A DNA stretch of 64,000 nucleotides from Eledone cirrhosa (Eukaryota), in contig OZ024758.1 of the NCBI GenBank assembly GCA_964016885.1, positions 3,906,001-3,970,000 on the forward strand. The letters are read 5' to 3'. The translations under genes were made by a program, and so were the position numbers. The notes under the pieces are model-generated. The model saw only the letters and a list, made by a program, of their open reading frames with translations. It ran no database searches and was not told the DNA's origin. Shown here one piece after another: positions 28,281 to 41,109 of the stretch (position 1 is its first letter; every line of letters begins with the position of its first letter).

Positions 28281-29154
28281 TGCCTTTCATTCTTCCTCTG
28301 GTTTCTCCTCACCCGAGCGGATAAATCATTTGCGTTTTATTTCGGAAAATATAGATATACGTACTGAAAACACAGACAGAAGATCTTCAGCGGCAGGTTT
28401 GCTTGATTTAACAGGATTATTAGAATATCAGATAACTAACCTACAGTTGTTAGTTAATGCTCTTTAGATTCTGAATTCATATTCCATTGAGATCTACGAA
28501 GTTGATACGATACAGTAGGTGAGATCTGGGTCGATTCTTAACCATATCCTGGAGGTGAATATAATTATAATAGAAGTTAATGAGTATCTCCTGGCGAAAG
28601 GACAACAGCAGCATTCCGTCAAGTTTTATCACGAAATTGATTGCGCACCTGTTACATTTAATGCCTTGTAATCCCTGTGTTATTATTGTTAGTGTTATTG
28701 TTGAATAACCACGGGTTACCTTTAGTTGAGTATAAATATCATCAAAGACATTCCAGAAATTACCATCTGGAGTTCTTTAGATAATTGGTTTTCCAGGCTT
28801 ACATTATGTAAAAGATTCTATTTTAAAAATAAAGTAAGATTTTAGGGGATGGTGTATTGTGTAGCAGATAATGCGACTCTTCACCCCCACTACTATCACA
28901 ACCAACAACAACAACACTAACACGACGACCACCACCACCATCATCATCACTATGATTGCTAACAATAATAATTTCTGATTTAGGGACAATGCCAAAAATT
29001 TGGAAAGTCGATTAAATCAGCCCAGTGCGTTACCGGTACTTTATTTTATTAAACCAGTCAGCCAATCTCTGCGGAATTTGATATCAAAGCGTACATTTTA
29101 TTATTAGTGCTGTAATGTAACAATAATAATACTAATGATGACTATATGGACGGC

Positions 29155-29526
29155 AATAATAATAAAAGGGAAACAAAAGGAAAGAAAGTATAAGGAAATA
29201 TAGGAAAACAGATAAACAAAGAAGAAGAAAAATGGAAGGGCAGGGGATGGCAAGAACTCTGATGTCGCAGAAAATAGGGGAGGGTGAAGACGGAGGGTGA
29301 TTGGGCTTTGGGCCTAGGGCAAGAGAGCAGAAGTGCTGCGCTCCACGGACAAGACGGCATTACCGCGGACGATGGCCAGTGACACCCGTTGCAACAGCCA
29401 TCCAACCTCGCAGGGCTCCCTCCTCAGACAGGCCGCGGACACTCCAATCGTGCGAAGGACCTCGGCAGTACAGGGTTCAAGTACGCCTGAGGTCTCGACG
29501 ACAACCGGTGCGACGAGGGAATTGAC
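29155..29526 (-). mobile_element. 3' fragment of a CRE-clade (RLE-type) non-LTR retrotransposon
   Basis: Minus frame 29526-29314 reads VNSLVAPVVVETSGVLEPCTAEVLRTIGVSAACLRREPCEVGWLLQRVSLAIVRGNAVLSVERSTSALLP*, matching the P--VET-G...QR-S-A--RGNA C-terminal motif. Followed by a pyrimidine-rich UTR and (TTA)n. Confidence 0.8.
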
Positions 29527-29789
29527 TTAACTATATGACGCAAAGAATGTTGTCAGACGCTCTACTAATACTGACTATCTACTGAACTCAGCGCAGCTAA
29601 TAAATGTTTCTACTTTAAACAGAAGGCCAGCAATATTTTGGGAGGGGAAAATCTATTAAACCGACCCTAGTGGGTGACTGGTACTTTATTTATTGGACCC
29701 TGTAAGGATGAAAGGCAAAGTTAAATTACCGTAGCAAAGAATAATAATATATCGCACGAGTGAGCTGTCTACATATTGGACGTATGTAG

Positions 29790-29807
29790 CTATATATATA
29801 TATATAA

Positions 29808-29895
<88 letters not shown>
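29790..29895. repeat. (TA)n(TG)n microsatellite
   Basis: Directly visible. Confidence 0.97.
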
Positions 29896-29897
<2 letters not shown>

Positions 29898-30170
29898 CTC
29901 AAGTTGATTGGAATAAAACCCACACTAAAATTAGTTTACTTCTTTATGGATTTTATTACTGTGAATTAAACGTATTGCTTAAACACATTACTTCTTTTTT
30001 GTTAGTCAATATACATACAGTCATAGAAAACTGTATCCCCCGTAACTGCAATATATATATATATATCCAATATATCCACTTACGTACTCCGTCACATATT
30101 AACATATGTTCTTCAAAAATTCAAAATACTTCTTACACAACCTCTCTCTTCATCTCTCTCTTTCTCTCTC

Positions 30171-30205
<35 letters not shown>

Positions 30206-30442
30206 ATGTGTGTGTGTATTAATACAATGAAAGGGGAAAAATATGGAGATATTAGAAGAAATATTAATAAAATAAAACGTTACATACCATACGGGATTGA
30301 CGGGTTTTAGTTAAAATTCTGTTGTACAATCTCACACAAAGAAACTTGGTTGATATCAATTTCTAACCTCTCTTTCCAATCAGGAATCGCTTTATTTTTT
30401 GTAGATAAAAATGTGAAAATGTATTTTGTGGCTATTCATTTA

Positions 30443-30580
30443 TTTAGGTCGGCTCTAACCGCTCAATGCCGGCTCTGACCGTTTTAGGTCGGTTCTAACC
30501 GCTTTAAGTCGGCTATAACCGCTTTAGATCGGCTATAATCGCTTTAGGTCGGCTATAATCGCTTTAAGTCGGCTTTAAAT
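30443..30580. repeat. 20-bp minisatellite, about 7 units (GCTTTAGGTCGGCTATAACC)
   Basis: Strict 20-bp periodicity. Confidence 0.92.
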
Positions 30581-30604
30581 AGCTAAATAAATTGTAAAAA
30601 CAGT

Positions 30605-30792
30605 TTCTTATTTCGGTGGAAAGTCGATTAAATCGATTCCAGTGCGTGACTGGTACTTTAATTTATCGAACCCGTAAGAATGAATGGCAAAACTAACCTC
30701 GGCAAGATTTGAACTCAGAAAGTAAAGAGACAGATATCTAATCCACGAAGCACAGTGCCCTACGCTCTACTGTTTCTGCCAATCCACCGCCC
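30605..30792 (-). mobile_element. SINE family 1 (long form)
   Basis: AAGTCGATTAAATCGA..GTGCGTGACTGGTACTTTA..GATTTGAACTCAGA..GCCAATCCACCGCC. Confidence 0.85.
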
Positions 30793-31059
30793 TTAAATTA
30801 ATACTAATAATGAAATCCGCTCCACAATTTCTACAACCCAGGAAATTTAAGCCTCAACATATATGATTTTATAATGCTCTTTTGAGTTACATCAAAATAT
30901 AATGTTGAATGCTAAAAAATATGGAGGGGCGACTTATGGAGTTTTCTACTACACATGATATTTAAAATGTTGTCAAGTAAATCCTTGACCTTTGATGATC
31001 AGAGGCACGCCACAATAAGTAAAGTTTAGATGGTTAAAAATAAACGTTTGACTTAATAA

Positions 31060-31648
31060 TATTGATTTCTAATAGAGGCAAAAGGCCAGCATATGTTGAA
31101 GGGGTGTTTTAGTTGACAAATCAACCACTGTATTTGATTTGTACTTTCTTTTATCGATCCCAGATGTATATAAGGCAAGTTTCTTCTTGGTGGAAATCCA
31201 ATCCAGAAACTTTCATTCCTGAGCTATGACTGAGAACTCATTGTAGCCCGCACTTTCAATTATACTATACACCTCCATTTAAAGGTAATTATTGTTTATA
31301 TTTTTGGGGCCAGAAATTACATTAGTTCATTACCCGTACTTTACTTTATCGACCCCGTAAGGATAAAAGGCGAAGCTAACCTTGGCAGCATTTCAACTCA
31401 GAACATAAAGGGCCATAACTATACGCTTAAATGTAATAATGGTTTCTTATATAGGCACCATGCCAACAATTCGGGGGGGGGGGTCGATTAAATCGACCAC
31501 TTTGCGTGACTGGTACTTTATTTTATCGACCCCCGTGAGGATGAAATGCAAAGTTAACCTTGGCGGGATTTGAACTCAGATCATAAAGGGCCGTAACATT
31601 TTGCTGCAAAGCATAGCGTCAGACCCTCTACCGATACCGCAAATCCAT
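31060..31648 (-). mobile_element. Cluster of three SINE family 1 copies
   Basis: Repeated family-1 body in the same orientation. Confidence 0.8.
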
Positions 31649-31658
31649 GTTTCGTACT

Positions 31659-31815
31659 CAGTGTCGGATTTACTATTGTGCTTAAGCACAGAGCCCTGTT
31701 GGCCATTGGGGGATCTCCCTGTGCACGCCTACGGAGCCTACCTCTTTCAGAGCCCAAATAAGTGGCCTTATAACTTAACTAGCACAGGACCTCATTTGCC
31801 CGAAATCCGGCCCTG
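31659..31815. mobile_element. hAT-type MITE
   Basis: TIRs CAGTGTCGGATTT / AAATCCGGCCCTG; imperfect 8-bp TSD TTCGTACT / TCCTTACT. Confidence 0.65.
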
Positions 31816-32292
31816 TCCTTACTTAAAATGAAATACCCAACCTTTGATTATTTGTGTTAATAGAGTTTTCAACACATTTCATCCGTTCTCATCTTTCCAT
31901 GTTTTGATCCTCAGTTTATTAACACAGTAGAGTAATATTTGAGGCATCTAGTTATTATTTCTAGCTGGTCGGCCGTGGATGATTCCTTGCTGGTTCGCCA
32001 TTTGTTAAGTTTCTCTCATTGCTTCAACGAAACCAGTTCTGTAGGTAATTGGCTCTGTTCAGTAGACTTTCACATTTAGCAATGCTTACGTATCTCGCTT
32101 TTAGGAGCTCAGCTTCATTTCATGCGTGAAACAAAGAGAGAAAAAAGGGAGACAAAAATAAACGAAATAAATCGAAAAAGAAAAAAAATGTAATGTAACG
32201 TAAAAAATTTGAAAACAAAATCAGAAAAAAAGGAAAAGAAATTCTTTTAGCAATTAGAGGAAATAAATGTGTTGTCGTGACGTGTGAGAGAT

Positions 32293-32337
<45 letters not shown>

Positions 32338-32418
32338 CTCTACCTCTCCCCCTCTCTCTCTGGCTATCTTTCGCTATCTATTTCTCTCTTTCTCTCTCTT
32401 TCTCCCTCCCTGGCTATT

Positions 32419-32462
<44 letters not shown>

Positions 32463-32836
32463 ACTATCTCTCTTTCTTGCCATATTTCTCGCTACCTTTC
32501 TCTCTCACTCTTTCTCTCTCTCGGTCTCTCTCACTTTCTTGCTATTTCTCTCTGTCTCCATCTCTCTCTCCCTCCCTCTTCTCCCTCTCTCTTTCACTCT
32601 CTCTATGTCTCTCTCTATATCTCTCTCTCACTCTCTCTTGTCTTGTCTATCCTCCTCTTATGTATCTCAGACCTACTTCTTACTGATATGTGGAGAGGTT
32701 AAGACACAAATGATTCTGTACATATTGGCTTCAGTTTTCTCAGCTTGTCAGTATCGAGATATACACACATGGACGCAAACACACACACACACGCAACTGC
32801 ATACGCAAGCACACACGCTAACACACACATATATGC

Positions 32837-32877
<41 letters not shown>

Positions 32878-33125
32878 CACACACATGCACTCACACAATT
32901 ACGCAAACACACGCACACACCCACGTCAACATACGCATATACATACACACACACACGCACACACATGTCCGTATGCAAACCACACACACACACACATACT
33001 CGTACACACGCAAGCACATATACACCAACACACACACACGAACACACCCAGGCAAACACAAATACACAAATACACATACACGCTCACACGCACACATACG
33101 CCAATACGCACACATACATACACGT
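32293..33125. repeat. (CT)n/(CTAT)n and (CA)n-derived low-complexity tracts
   Basis: Directly visible; explains the 309-aa ORF. Confidence 0.92.
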
Positions 33126-33394
33126 GACATATATATTGCGCATGTGTAAGCTGACTGACCGTGTAAACTTCCAATCATATAGTAAGGTTGACCTAACAAG
33201 TTATTCGCCTTAAGTGTCGCTGGCAATAACATCACTGAACATGTCACACTAATAACTAAGTCGTGTGGAGATAAGTGCAATTAGAAGGACTTAGAATGAA
33301 TTAAAGGAACGCACATGAAAACCACATTCAAACTCTAATCAGGCGACAGGAGAAATTTACCTCCATACATGCGTGAGTGAGTGTAGTGCGTATA

Positions 33395-33450
<56 letters not shown>

Positions 33451-33454
<4 letters not shown>

Positions 33455-33643
33455 CATGTTCAAGACCCCAACGGCAAAGCTCAAGCCGTTTCGACGGCTG
33501 TTTCTGGACTGAATTTAGTCTAGAAATAGCTATAGAAACGGCTAGAGCTTTGCCGTCGGGGTCTTGAATATTTTCCTACTACCCAAAGTATTGAGTACTC
33601 TGGTGCGTTATGGTCCACCTGGTTCCTTACCACACACCCTTTG

Positions 33644-33645
<2 letters not shown>
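33451..33645 (+). mobile_element. Family A fold-back element
   Basis: TTCAAGACCCC..GGCAAAGCTC / GAGCTTTGCC..GGGGTCTTGAA arms plus tail; (TA)n flanks. Confidence 0.82.
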
Positions 33646-33702
<57 letters not shown>

Positions 33703-33896
33703 ATGGTAGAACATTGGAGGGTTATATCCTTAGTAGTAGAGCACTCAGTCCATGGAACGGGTTTGGTGGAAGTAGTATCTCAACAGTTAGTTCACCATAC
33801 CGAGAATGGTGAACTAACTGTTGTGACCATGCCACAATATAACGATATCTGTTTCAATTATCTGAATACGTGAGTTGAAACAGATATCGTTATATT

Positions 33897-34185
33897 GTTA
33901 TACTTTAGGAGGGTCATGTTGCCAATAAAAACACACGCACCTGTTGGTTTTCACTTCAATTTATTATAAATTTCCGGTTGGTTGTTTCGATAACTGGAAG
34001 GTAGTTTTTTATAGTTTATATATTGTCAACGTTCTTTCGTCACACGTTATGTGGCCTCCTCAGTGACTGTTTTATTTTGTGTCTCTCGTTTATTCTGTCC
34101 TACACCATCTTGTTTTGTGCTTTATGTCGTGTGCTTGGTTTGGGCATGCGTGTGCTTTTATTGGCAACCTGACCCTCCCAAAGTA

Positions 34186-34189
<4 letters not shown>
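33897..34189. mobile_element. Family E inverted-repeat element with degenerate hammerhead (minus strand 34025-34067)
   Basis: Terminal inverted arms of about 43 bp (GTTATACTTTAGGAGGGTCA../..TGACCCTCCCAAAGTATAAC). Minus strand reads GTCA-CTGAGGA-helix II-GAAA-GAACGT-TGAC. Related start at 3761. Confidence 0.68.
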
Positions 34190-34222
<33 letters not shown>

Positions 34223-34469
34223 ACATTTTCTTATGCCGTACTTAACTACATAGAGTTAGTCTGTTTGTTGGGATTTAGAAATCTCCACACGTGAGGCATG
34301 GCGGAATGGATAGTAAGCTGGCCACAATAATGAAGTCTCATATTCAATCACTGTGTTTCATATTGTTTTCAAATGTCTTCTGGATTCGTAAAGGAATTGC
34401 GTTGAAGAGAACTGGGGAGAAAACGGTCACATGTGTAACAGTAATTCCTAAGCACAGATTCAAGTCTGT

Positions 34470-34890
34470 CTTAAGCCAGAAGGCTGGCTAGGCCAGGGCT
34501 TATCTCGGTTTTATGGCGTGAAGCGACTAAGAGTGCAAACCTTTCCCCTGGACAGGACGCCAGTCCATCGCAGGGTTAAATTCCCAGCTATTGCTGTTAT
34601 TCATTTACAAGAATTCGTGGCTGATGATGAGGTAGGATGTCACAACTAGATTGTCTTTCATCAAAGATTTCCCTTAATAGAGTCTAAACACTATCTCGAT
34701 CCCGGAACCCCATCAGGTTAAATATCTAGTTATTAATGCTGGTACTGCTTTTCGGTTGAATATAACGGAGCAATGTGAAAATGAAGTGCTTTGCTATAGA
34801 GCACAACAGGCAACTCAGCCTAGGAATCGAACCCACGGCATTATGATCGTAAGTCCAACTCCCTTACCACTAGGCCACGCGCCTCCAATC
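34470..34890 (-). mobile_element. CORE-like SINE with V-domain-like module, interrupted at about 34618-34730
   Basis: Minus strand reads GGAGGCGCGTGGCCTAGTGG..GGGTTCGATTCC..AGCAAAGCACTTCATTTTCACATTGCTCC..CCCTGCGATGGACTGGCGTCCTGTCCAGGGG. Confidence 0.78.
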
Positions 34891-35209
34891 ATGAGGTATC
34901 GGCTTCAATCCCTGTGTTACAAATTGTGTTTTGCAAACGTCTTATATGAGCCGGCTTTTGATTTGTGAAAGCAAGTTACAGTGTACCAGTCATTCCCACG
35001 CCCAGATTAGTAAAATAAAATCTTACACATATATAATCCTGTGTGCAAGTATGTTGTCCAATAATCGGCCACTTACAATATAATTTATTAAGCGGGTTGT
35101 ACTGTTGTTCAAACATGTGGAACACTCGTCTGTCAAAACTGACGTAGGATCCATCATTATGCGTTTTTCTGTGTATTCTTGTCTTGGCTCAGTTTCAATA
35201 TTAAATGTT

Positions 35210-35257
<48 letters not shown>

Positions 35258-35421
35258 GTATGTATGTATGAATGTATGTATATGTATATATATATATATA
35301 TACATAGGTGTGTATGTGAGTGTCTTTGTCCATGTGTCTCTGTGTGTGTACAGTTTATTTAGGTGGATCAACCGACCTGTTCGCCATTCGTGTTCTCGGT
35401 TCCTCAGACAAGGGAAGATGC

Positions 35422-35452
<31 letters not shown>

Positions 35453-35453
<1 letters not shown>

Positions 35454-35653
35454 GTGTGTGTGTGTATACATAGGAAGAGAGCGCAAGAAACATATATATA
35501 GAGACTGAGAGACATACATACATATATATATACATACATATATACATACATATATATATAGAGAGAGAGATAATGTGTGTGTGTATATACATAGGAAGAG
35601 AGCGCAAGAAACATATATATATAGAGAGTGAGAGACATACATATATATACATA

Positions 35654-35685
<32 letters not shown>

Positions 35686-35695
35686 TATATATATA

Positions 35696-35730
<35 letters not shown>

Positions 35731-35777
35731 CATAGGAAGAGAGCGCAAGAAACATATATATATAGAGAGAGTGAGAG

Positions 35778-35827
<50 letters not shown>

Positions 35828-35905
35828 GTATGTCTCTCACTCTCTATATATATATGTTTCTTGCGCTCTCTTCCTATGTATACACACACACACACACACA
35901 CACAT
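35453..35905. repeat. Three direct copies plus one inverted copy of a unit with core CATAGGAAGAGAGCGCAAGAAACATAT
   Basis: Direct cores near 35468, 35589 and 35731; reverse complement near 35853-35880. Confidence 0.9.
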
Positions 35906-35913
35906 TGTATGTG

Positions 35914-35950
<37 letters not shown>

Positions 35951-36179
35951 TGGGGAGAAGATGATTGTGTACATGTGTCTGTATGTGTACTCCTGTCTGT
36001 CATTCAATACGAATCGATTACTAAATATCAATAAATAATAGACAGGAAATGCTTTAGAAGTAAATCTGCTTAGTCTTTCGTCGTGAAGGCTGGTCTGTTC
36101 TATACAGTTTCACACGATTACGGATGATATCGATCAGCCTGCGGCCACCTTACTTGGTCAGACCGCATCACTAACTCGA

Positions 36180-36321
36180 CTGCTGCTGCTACTACTACTG
36201 ATGCTGCTGCTACTGCTTGTACTTCAACCGCCACCACCACTAGTACTACTGGTACTACTGCTGTTGTATTTCCACCACCACCACAACTACCACCAATACC
36301 ACCAACACCACCACTACTACA

Positions 36322-36382
<61 letters not shown>

Positions 36383-37870
36383 TCACTACTACTACTACTA
36401 CTACTACAAACACCATCACAACCACAATTACCACCACCACCACCACCACTACTATTACCACTACTACTGTCATTCTAACAGATACTACACTGATTAATTA
36501 TGACTCCCAAGTAGGTTTCTATTGCATCGATATTTCCAAGGTGGAATGTCACTTCTAGCAGTGGGGGCCTTCACCATTATTCATGATTAACGAGGCCCTC
36601 ATTAACATTATATAGCCCACCCCGGCTAACCACCCCACTAGTCATCATCATCAGAAACATCACGCCTGACAACACCCTCTCTATTACAGTCAGTATCATC
36701 ATCATTGACCTTATCATCATCATCATCATCATCATCGTTGTCATCTTCATCAGAAACACCACCCTCTGCCAACACACGCTACGTTTGCGGTCATCATCAT
36801 CATCATCATCTTCATCATTATCGTCTACATGATGATGATCATCATCATCATCTTCATCAGAAACACTACCCACGCCAGCACTCTCTACATTGTGGTCATC
36901 ATCATCATCACCATTGTGGTCATCATCATCATCACCATTGTCGTCGTCATTGTCGTCATAGTCATCACATTTTTAGCAACATTGTCTTCTTTATCACCAC
37001 CACCACCAGTATCAATGCCATCATCATCATCACCATCGTCATCATCAACTTCATTATCAGGCGGTAATTCCAGCCTTGTACATAAATAAATGGCCTGTCA
37101 ACGATGTTACTGAGTGACCACATGATGACTGAGGCCATTGTCCATTAGTCACTCCCAGCCGCACTCACAGCCTCATTCAACCCCTTCACCTACCCTCTCA
37201 CACACAGACTGACCTACACATTCGCCCCTCACACACGGCCTAATCCACCCCTTCACTCAACCTCACATACGCAGCTTCCTCACCCTCTGACTCACCCCCT
37301 CACACACGGCGTCATTCACTCACCCCCTCACACTTACCCCCGTTCACCCTCCACCCACCCCCATTCACCCTCTACCCACCCCACTCACTCCCACTCACTC
37401 CCACTCAACCCCACTCATCCCACTCAACCCCACTCATCCCCACTCAACCCCACTCACCTCCGCTCAACCCCACCCACCTACACTCACCCCCACTTACCCC
37501 CACTATGGAAACCACCACAACCACCACAACCACCACCACCACCACCACCACCACTACCAACAACAACACCACCACAACCACCACCACCACTACCACTACC
37601 AACTAACTCAACCACAATCAAAACCACCACAACCACCAACACCACCACAACTAACTCAACCACAATCAAAACCACCACAACCACCACAACCACCACCACC
37701 ACCACCACCACCACCACCACTACCAACAACAACAACACCACCACAACCACCACCACCACTACCACTACCAACTAACTCAACCACAATCAAAACCACCACA
37801 ACCACCAACACCCAAACACCACCATAAAAGCACCACCAACACTACCTCTACCACCACCATCTCCACTAAA
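36180..37870. repeat. (CTA)n/(CAC)n/(CAT)n and 10-bp CCACTCAACC low-complexity arrays
   Basis: Directly visible. Confidence 0.9.
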
Positions 37871-39242
37871 AACAAGACCACTAATGTAGCTACCACAACT
37901 GCTATTAAGCATCCCCTACAATTCCAATACTCAGTCTTTTATCAGAAGTGTTTCTAGCAAATGCCGTCCATTAATTAAATAGCCACTCCTAGATCACTAA
38001 GCATTAACCAACCTGGTCTTCTTCTACCTAAACCTCTACAACTACCCCGCTTCAATATCAGAACTATAACCATACACAACCCACTTCTCCTATTAGGATG
38101 TCACAGTTACAACAACTACTTCCATTTCTCAAACATCACTATTACGATAGATCTAGCCGCAACACCACCACAGAACTACCAAACACAAGCCAAATAATTC
38201 CCACCATCTCAATCAAACAACTGTTCGAGGAAATCTACTTGAATTAGATGACTAAGTCATATTAAACGTGTAATGAGCGAACGCCTACTATCACCTTACA
38301 AATACCACATTTACTAAACCTCTCTCAGTTATAATATCAAGATCAAACACCATCATCACCCCTCTTTCTTTAAAGATTCGTAGCAACATGAAATTCTATA
38401 CATAGTCACTCAAACTATGAGAAATGGTAGGCAAATCCTCTTCACCTCATATACTTTTACCTACATATAGGATATATATATATATATATGTAGGAGGTGA
38501 GTTTTATTGTAGTACAATAAAGCAATGCAGATATCGGATAAGTAGCACTCTACAGTTTGTAGGACTTGATTTAAAACTGCACTATTCACAAGTGTTGTTT
38601 AACCTTCATATCATGTCTCCCTATTTTATCTGACGAAAACGCAAATGTCATCTCATGATGATATTTGTTTTTGAAATGCGCATAATAAAATACATGGAAC
38701 TCTTTTAACTATCTTTTGATCTTATATATCTCTCTCTCTCTATATATATATATATATAATGTATAGTATACTGTGCTTGAAATGAGTAACGAGATAGAAA
38801 TTGGTGTAACATATTTGGTTATAGATCTAAAGACCTTGGCCAACTGAGAGTAGACAAGAAAATCTTTTCTTCATCGATCGTGCTGCTTTACAATCGTATC
38901 ATCACATCGATTTCCCCATTCACCACCATCGGCACAGGGTTGGCTACTTGCTGGTGTGGGCCTCACTAGCTGGAATGGCTCTTCTAGTGAGTCTCCATCA
39001 TCATCCTCCGGGGACACACCTTCTCTATTCTGTCCGACAGGGGCACGGGGTGGCCAGCGCGTGGGCCCTTAATTGCTCATAATGGTGAGAGATGGGGAGA
39101 GCGGGATAAACGGAGTCAGTGACAGTAGGAGTTTAGTTCCTTTGTGTTCTGCCCCGTTGTATGTGTATATATTTCACTCACACACACTGAGGCAGTCAAA
39201 CATATATTTGTTTTGTGAAACAATGCATCTAAACAAACATTA

Positions 39243-39440
39243 TGGTGGATGATTGGTCGTATTAGTAGTGTGTAAGACACCATGCTTTGCAACATAGAGT
39301 TATGGCTCTTTAAGTTCTGAGTTCAAATCCCGCCGAGGTTAAATTTGCCTTTCATCCTTACGGGGTCGATAAAATAAAGCACCAATAATGCACTGGGGTA
39401 ATTGCTGGCCTTGTGACAAAAAATAGAAACAATTATTACA
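39243..39440 (+). mobile_element. SINE family 1 (short form, near full length)
   Basis: GAGTTCAAATCCCGCCGAGG B-box region, body and 3' end. Confidence 0.88.
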
Positions 39441-41109
39441 TTTAAAGGGAGCTGTATGGTATAATTGATAGTGTCGGACTAATTGATAGTGCCGGACAAA
39501 GTGATTTCTTAGTCATACCTCAGGAATGAATCAATTATTTATGTTCTTCCTTTCTTATTACGGAAGCGTATGATATAAAAAAAAAACCAACTGTTATTTC
39601 AACAATGACAAACCATACACTTTTTCTGTACGTAAATGTCTTTGCGCAACACCAAGAAAAAATAAAGGCTGCAAGGTAAATAGTTTTATTTACAAGGCAC
39701 TGGGAAGACTGACATTTTAAAACATAGTCCCCACAATGAAGATAACGTAGGAAGGCAGAGACCAAACTTCACATATGTCACCCGTAGAATAAAAGTTGAC
39801 AGAGACACCTGTGAGATTAGAACCCCGTATTTTTCTCTCTCCAGAGAGAGAGAGAGAGGTGTTGTTAGTTTCCTGCAGATGTCACTGTTGTTTTTTACCT
39901 CTCCATATGTACTTTACCCGATTTTTTTCAACTATTATGGTATAGTTAGCTGCGATGTGCTGATTACATTTTCACACACACATACACGTGTGTGCGTATA
40001 TGTGCGTGTGTAGGTGTCTGTTTGAGTATGTGTGTGTCAACACACCCTTACTGCTGATAAATTCCTTGTGCAGCATCAATAAATATATAAAAACCCAGAG
40101 AAATAGTTCAACATTTGCAATCACTCAATTTATTTGATAAACAACCAAAATTGCAAGCATTATTGGGCAGGGAAATATTGCGTCACGAATATCTCTACTC
40201 TCATTAATGCTGACACAAAATCTTCTCCAACAACAACTATAACAACAACAAACAACATTAGGAGTAACAACTATAATTCTGCCACCAACATCAATACCTT
40301 GCTTGTACCATCATCATAACCATTTCGCATGAAGCAATGAATATCAGAGGCCTAAATAAGCAGAGTTGGCAGAACTATAGATATTCATTATCACTAAACA
40401 TCACTACAGCAGTGACAAGGTTAATAACCTCTGTAAAACTTGTAGACCCTTGGAAAAACAAAGGTAAAACTCCATCAGCAAACACCATTACTGCATCATC
40501 AGAACCGCCTCTACGTCTTTTATACCATTATAACAATCATTCCTCACGACTACAATAACCATATCATCAATTTGTCAAAGCTACCACTATCGCTATCATC
40601 ATCATCATCATCATCATCATCACAACTTCATTATATTCACTACTACTAAAGTCATCCTTACAGGCACTACGTTCAAACATCATCAACATCACCCACACCG
40701 ACACCATGGCATCCATTACCATCATCACCACCACCACCATCATCATCATCATCATTAAATCAACAACAACAATGTCAACAAAACTAAGGAAATAAGCGCT
40801 GTTATAGAAAACAACGTCAGCGGATGAAGTATGACCGACCTTAAGCCTGACCCTTTCAAATTCTGCTATCTGTCACAGAAGCTGGGAGAGAGAGAGAGTG
40901 GGGGAGAGAGTGCGAGAGAGAGAGGGGGGAGAGAGAGTGGAGGGGAATTTAGAATAAGAAAGAAAGATAGAGGTTAGATTAAGTGAGAGAGAGATCTAGA
41001 GAAGGAAGAAGGAATAAGAGAGAGTGTAGTTAGAAAGATGACACAAATATCAAGCATGTCTCCCATCACGTCATTCCCTCTAACCCCACCTATCCCTAAT
41101 TCCAATCCA

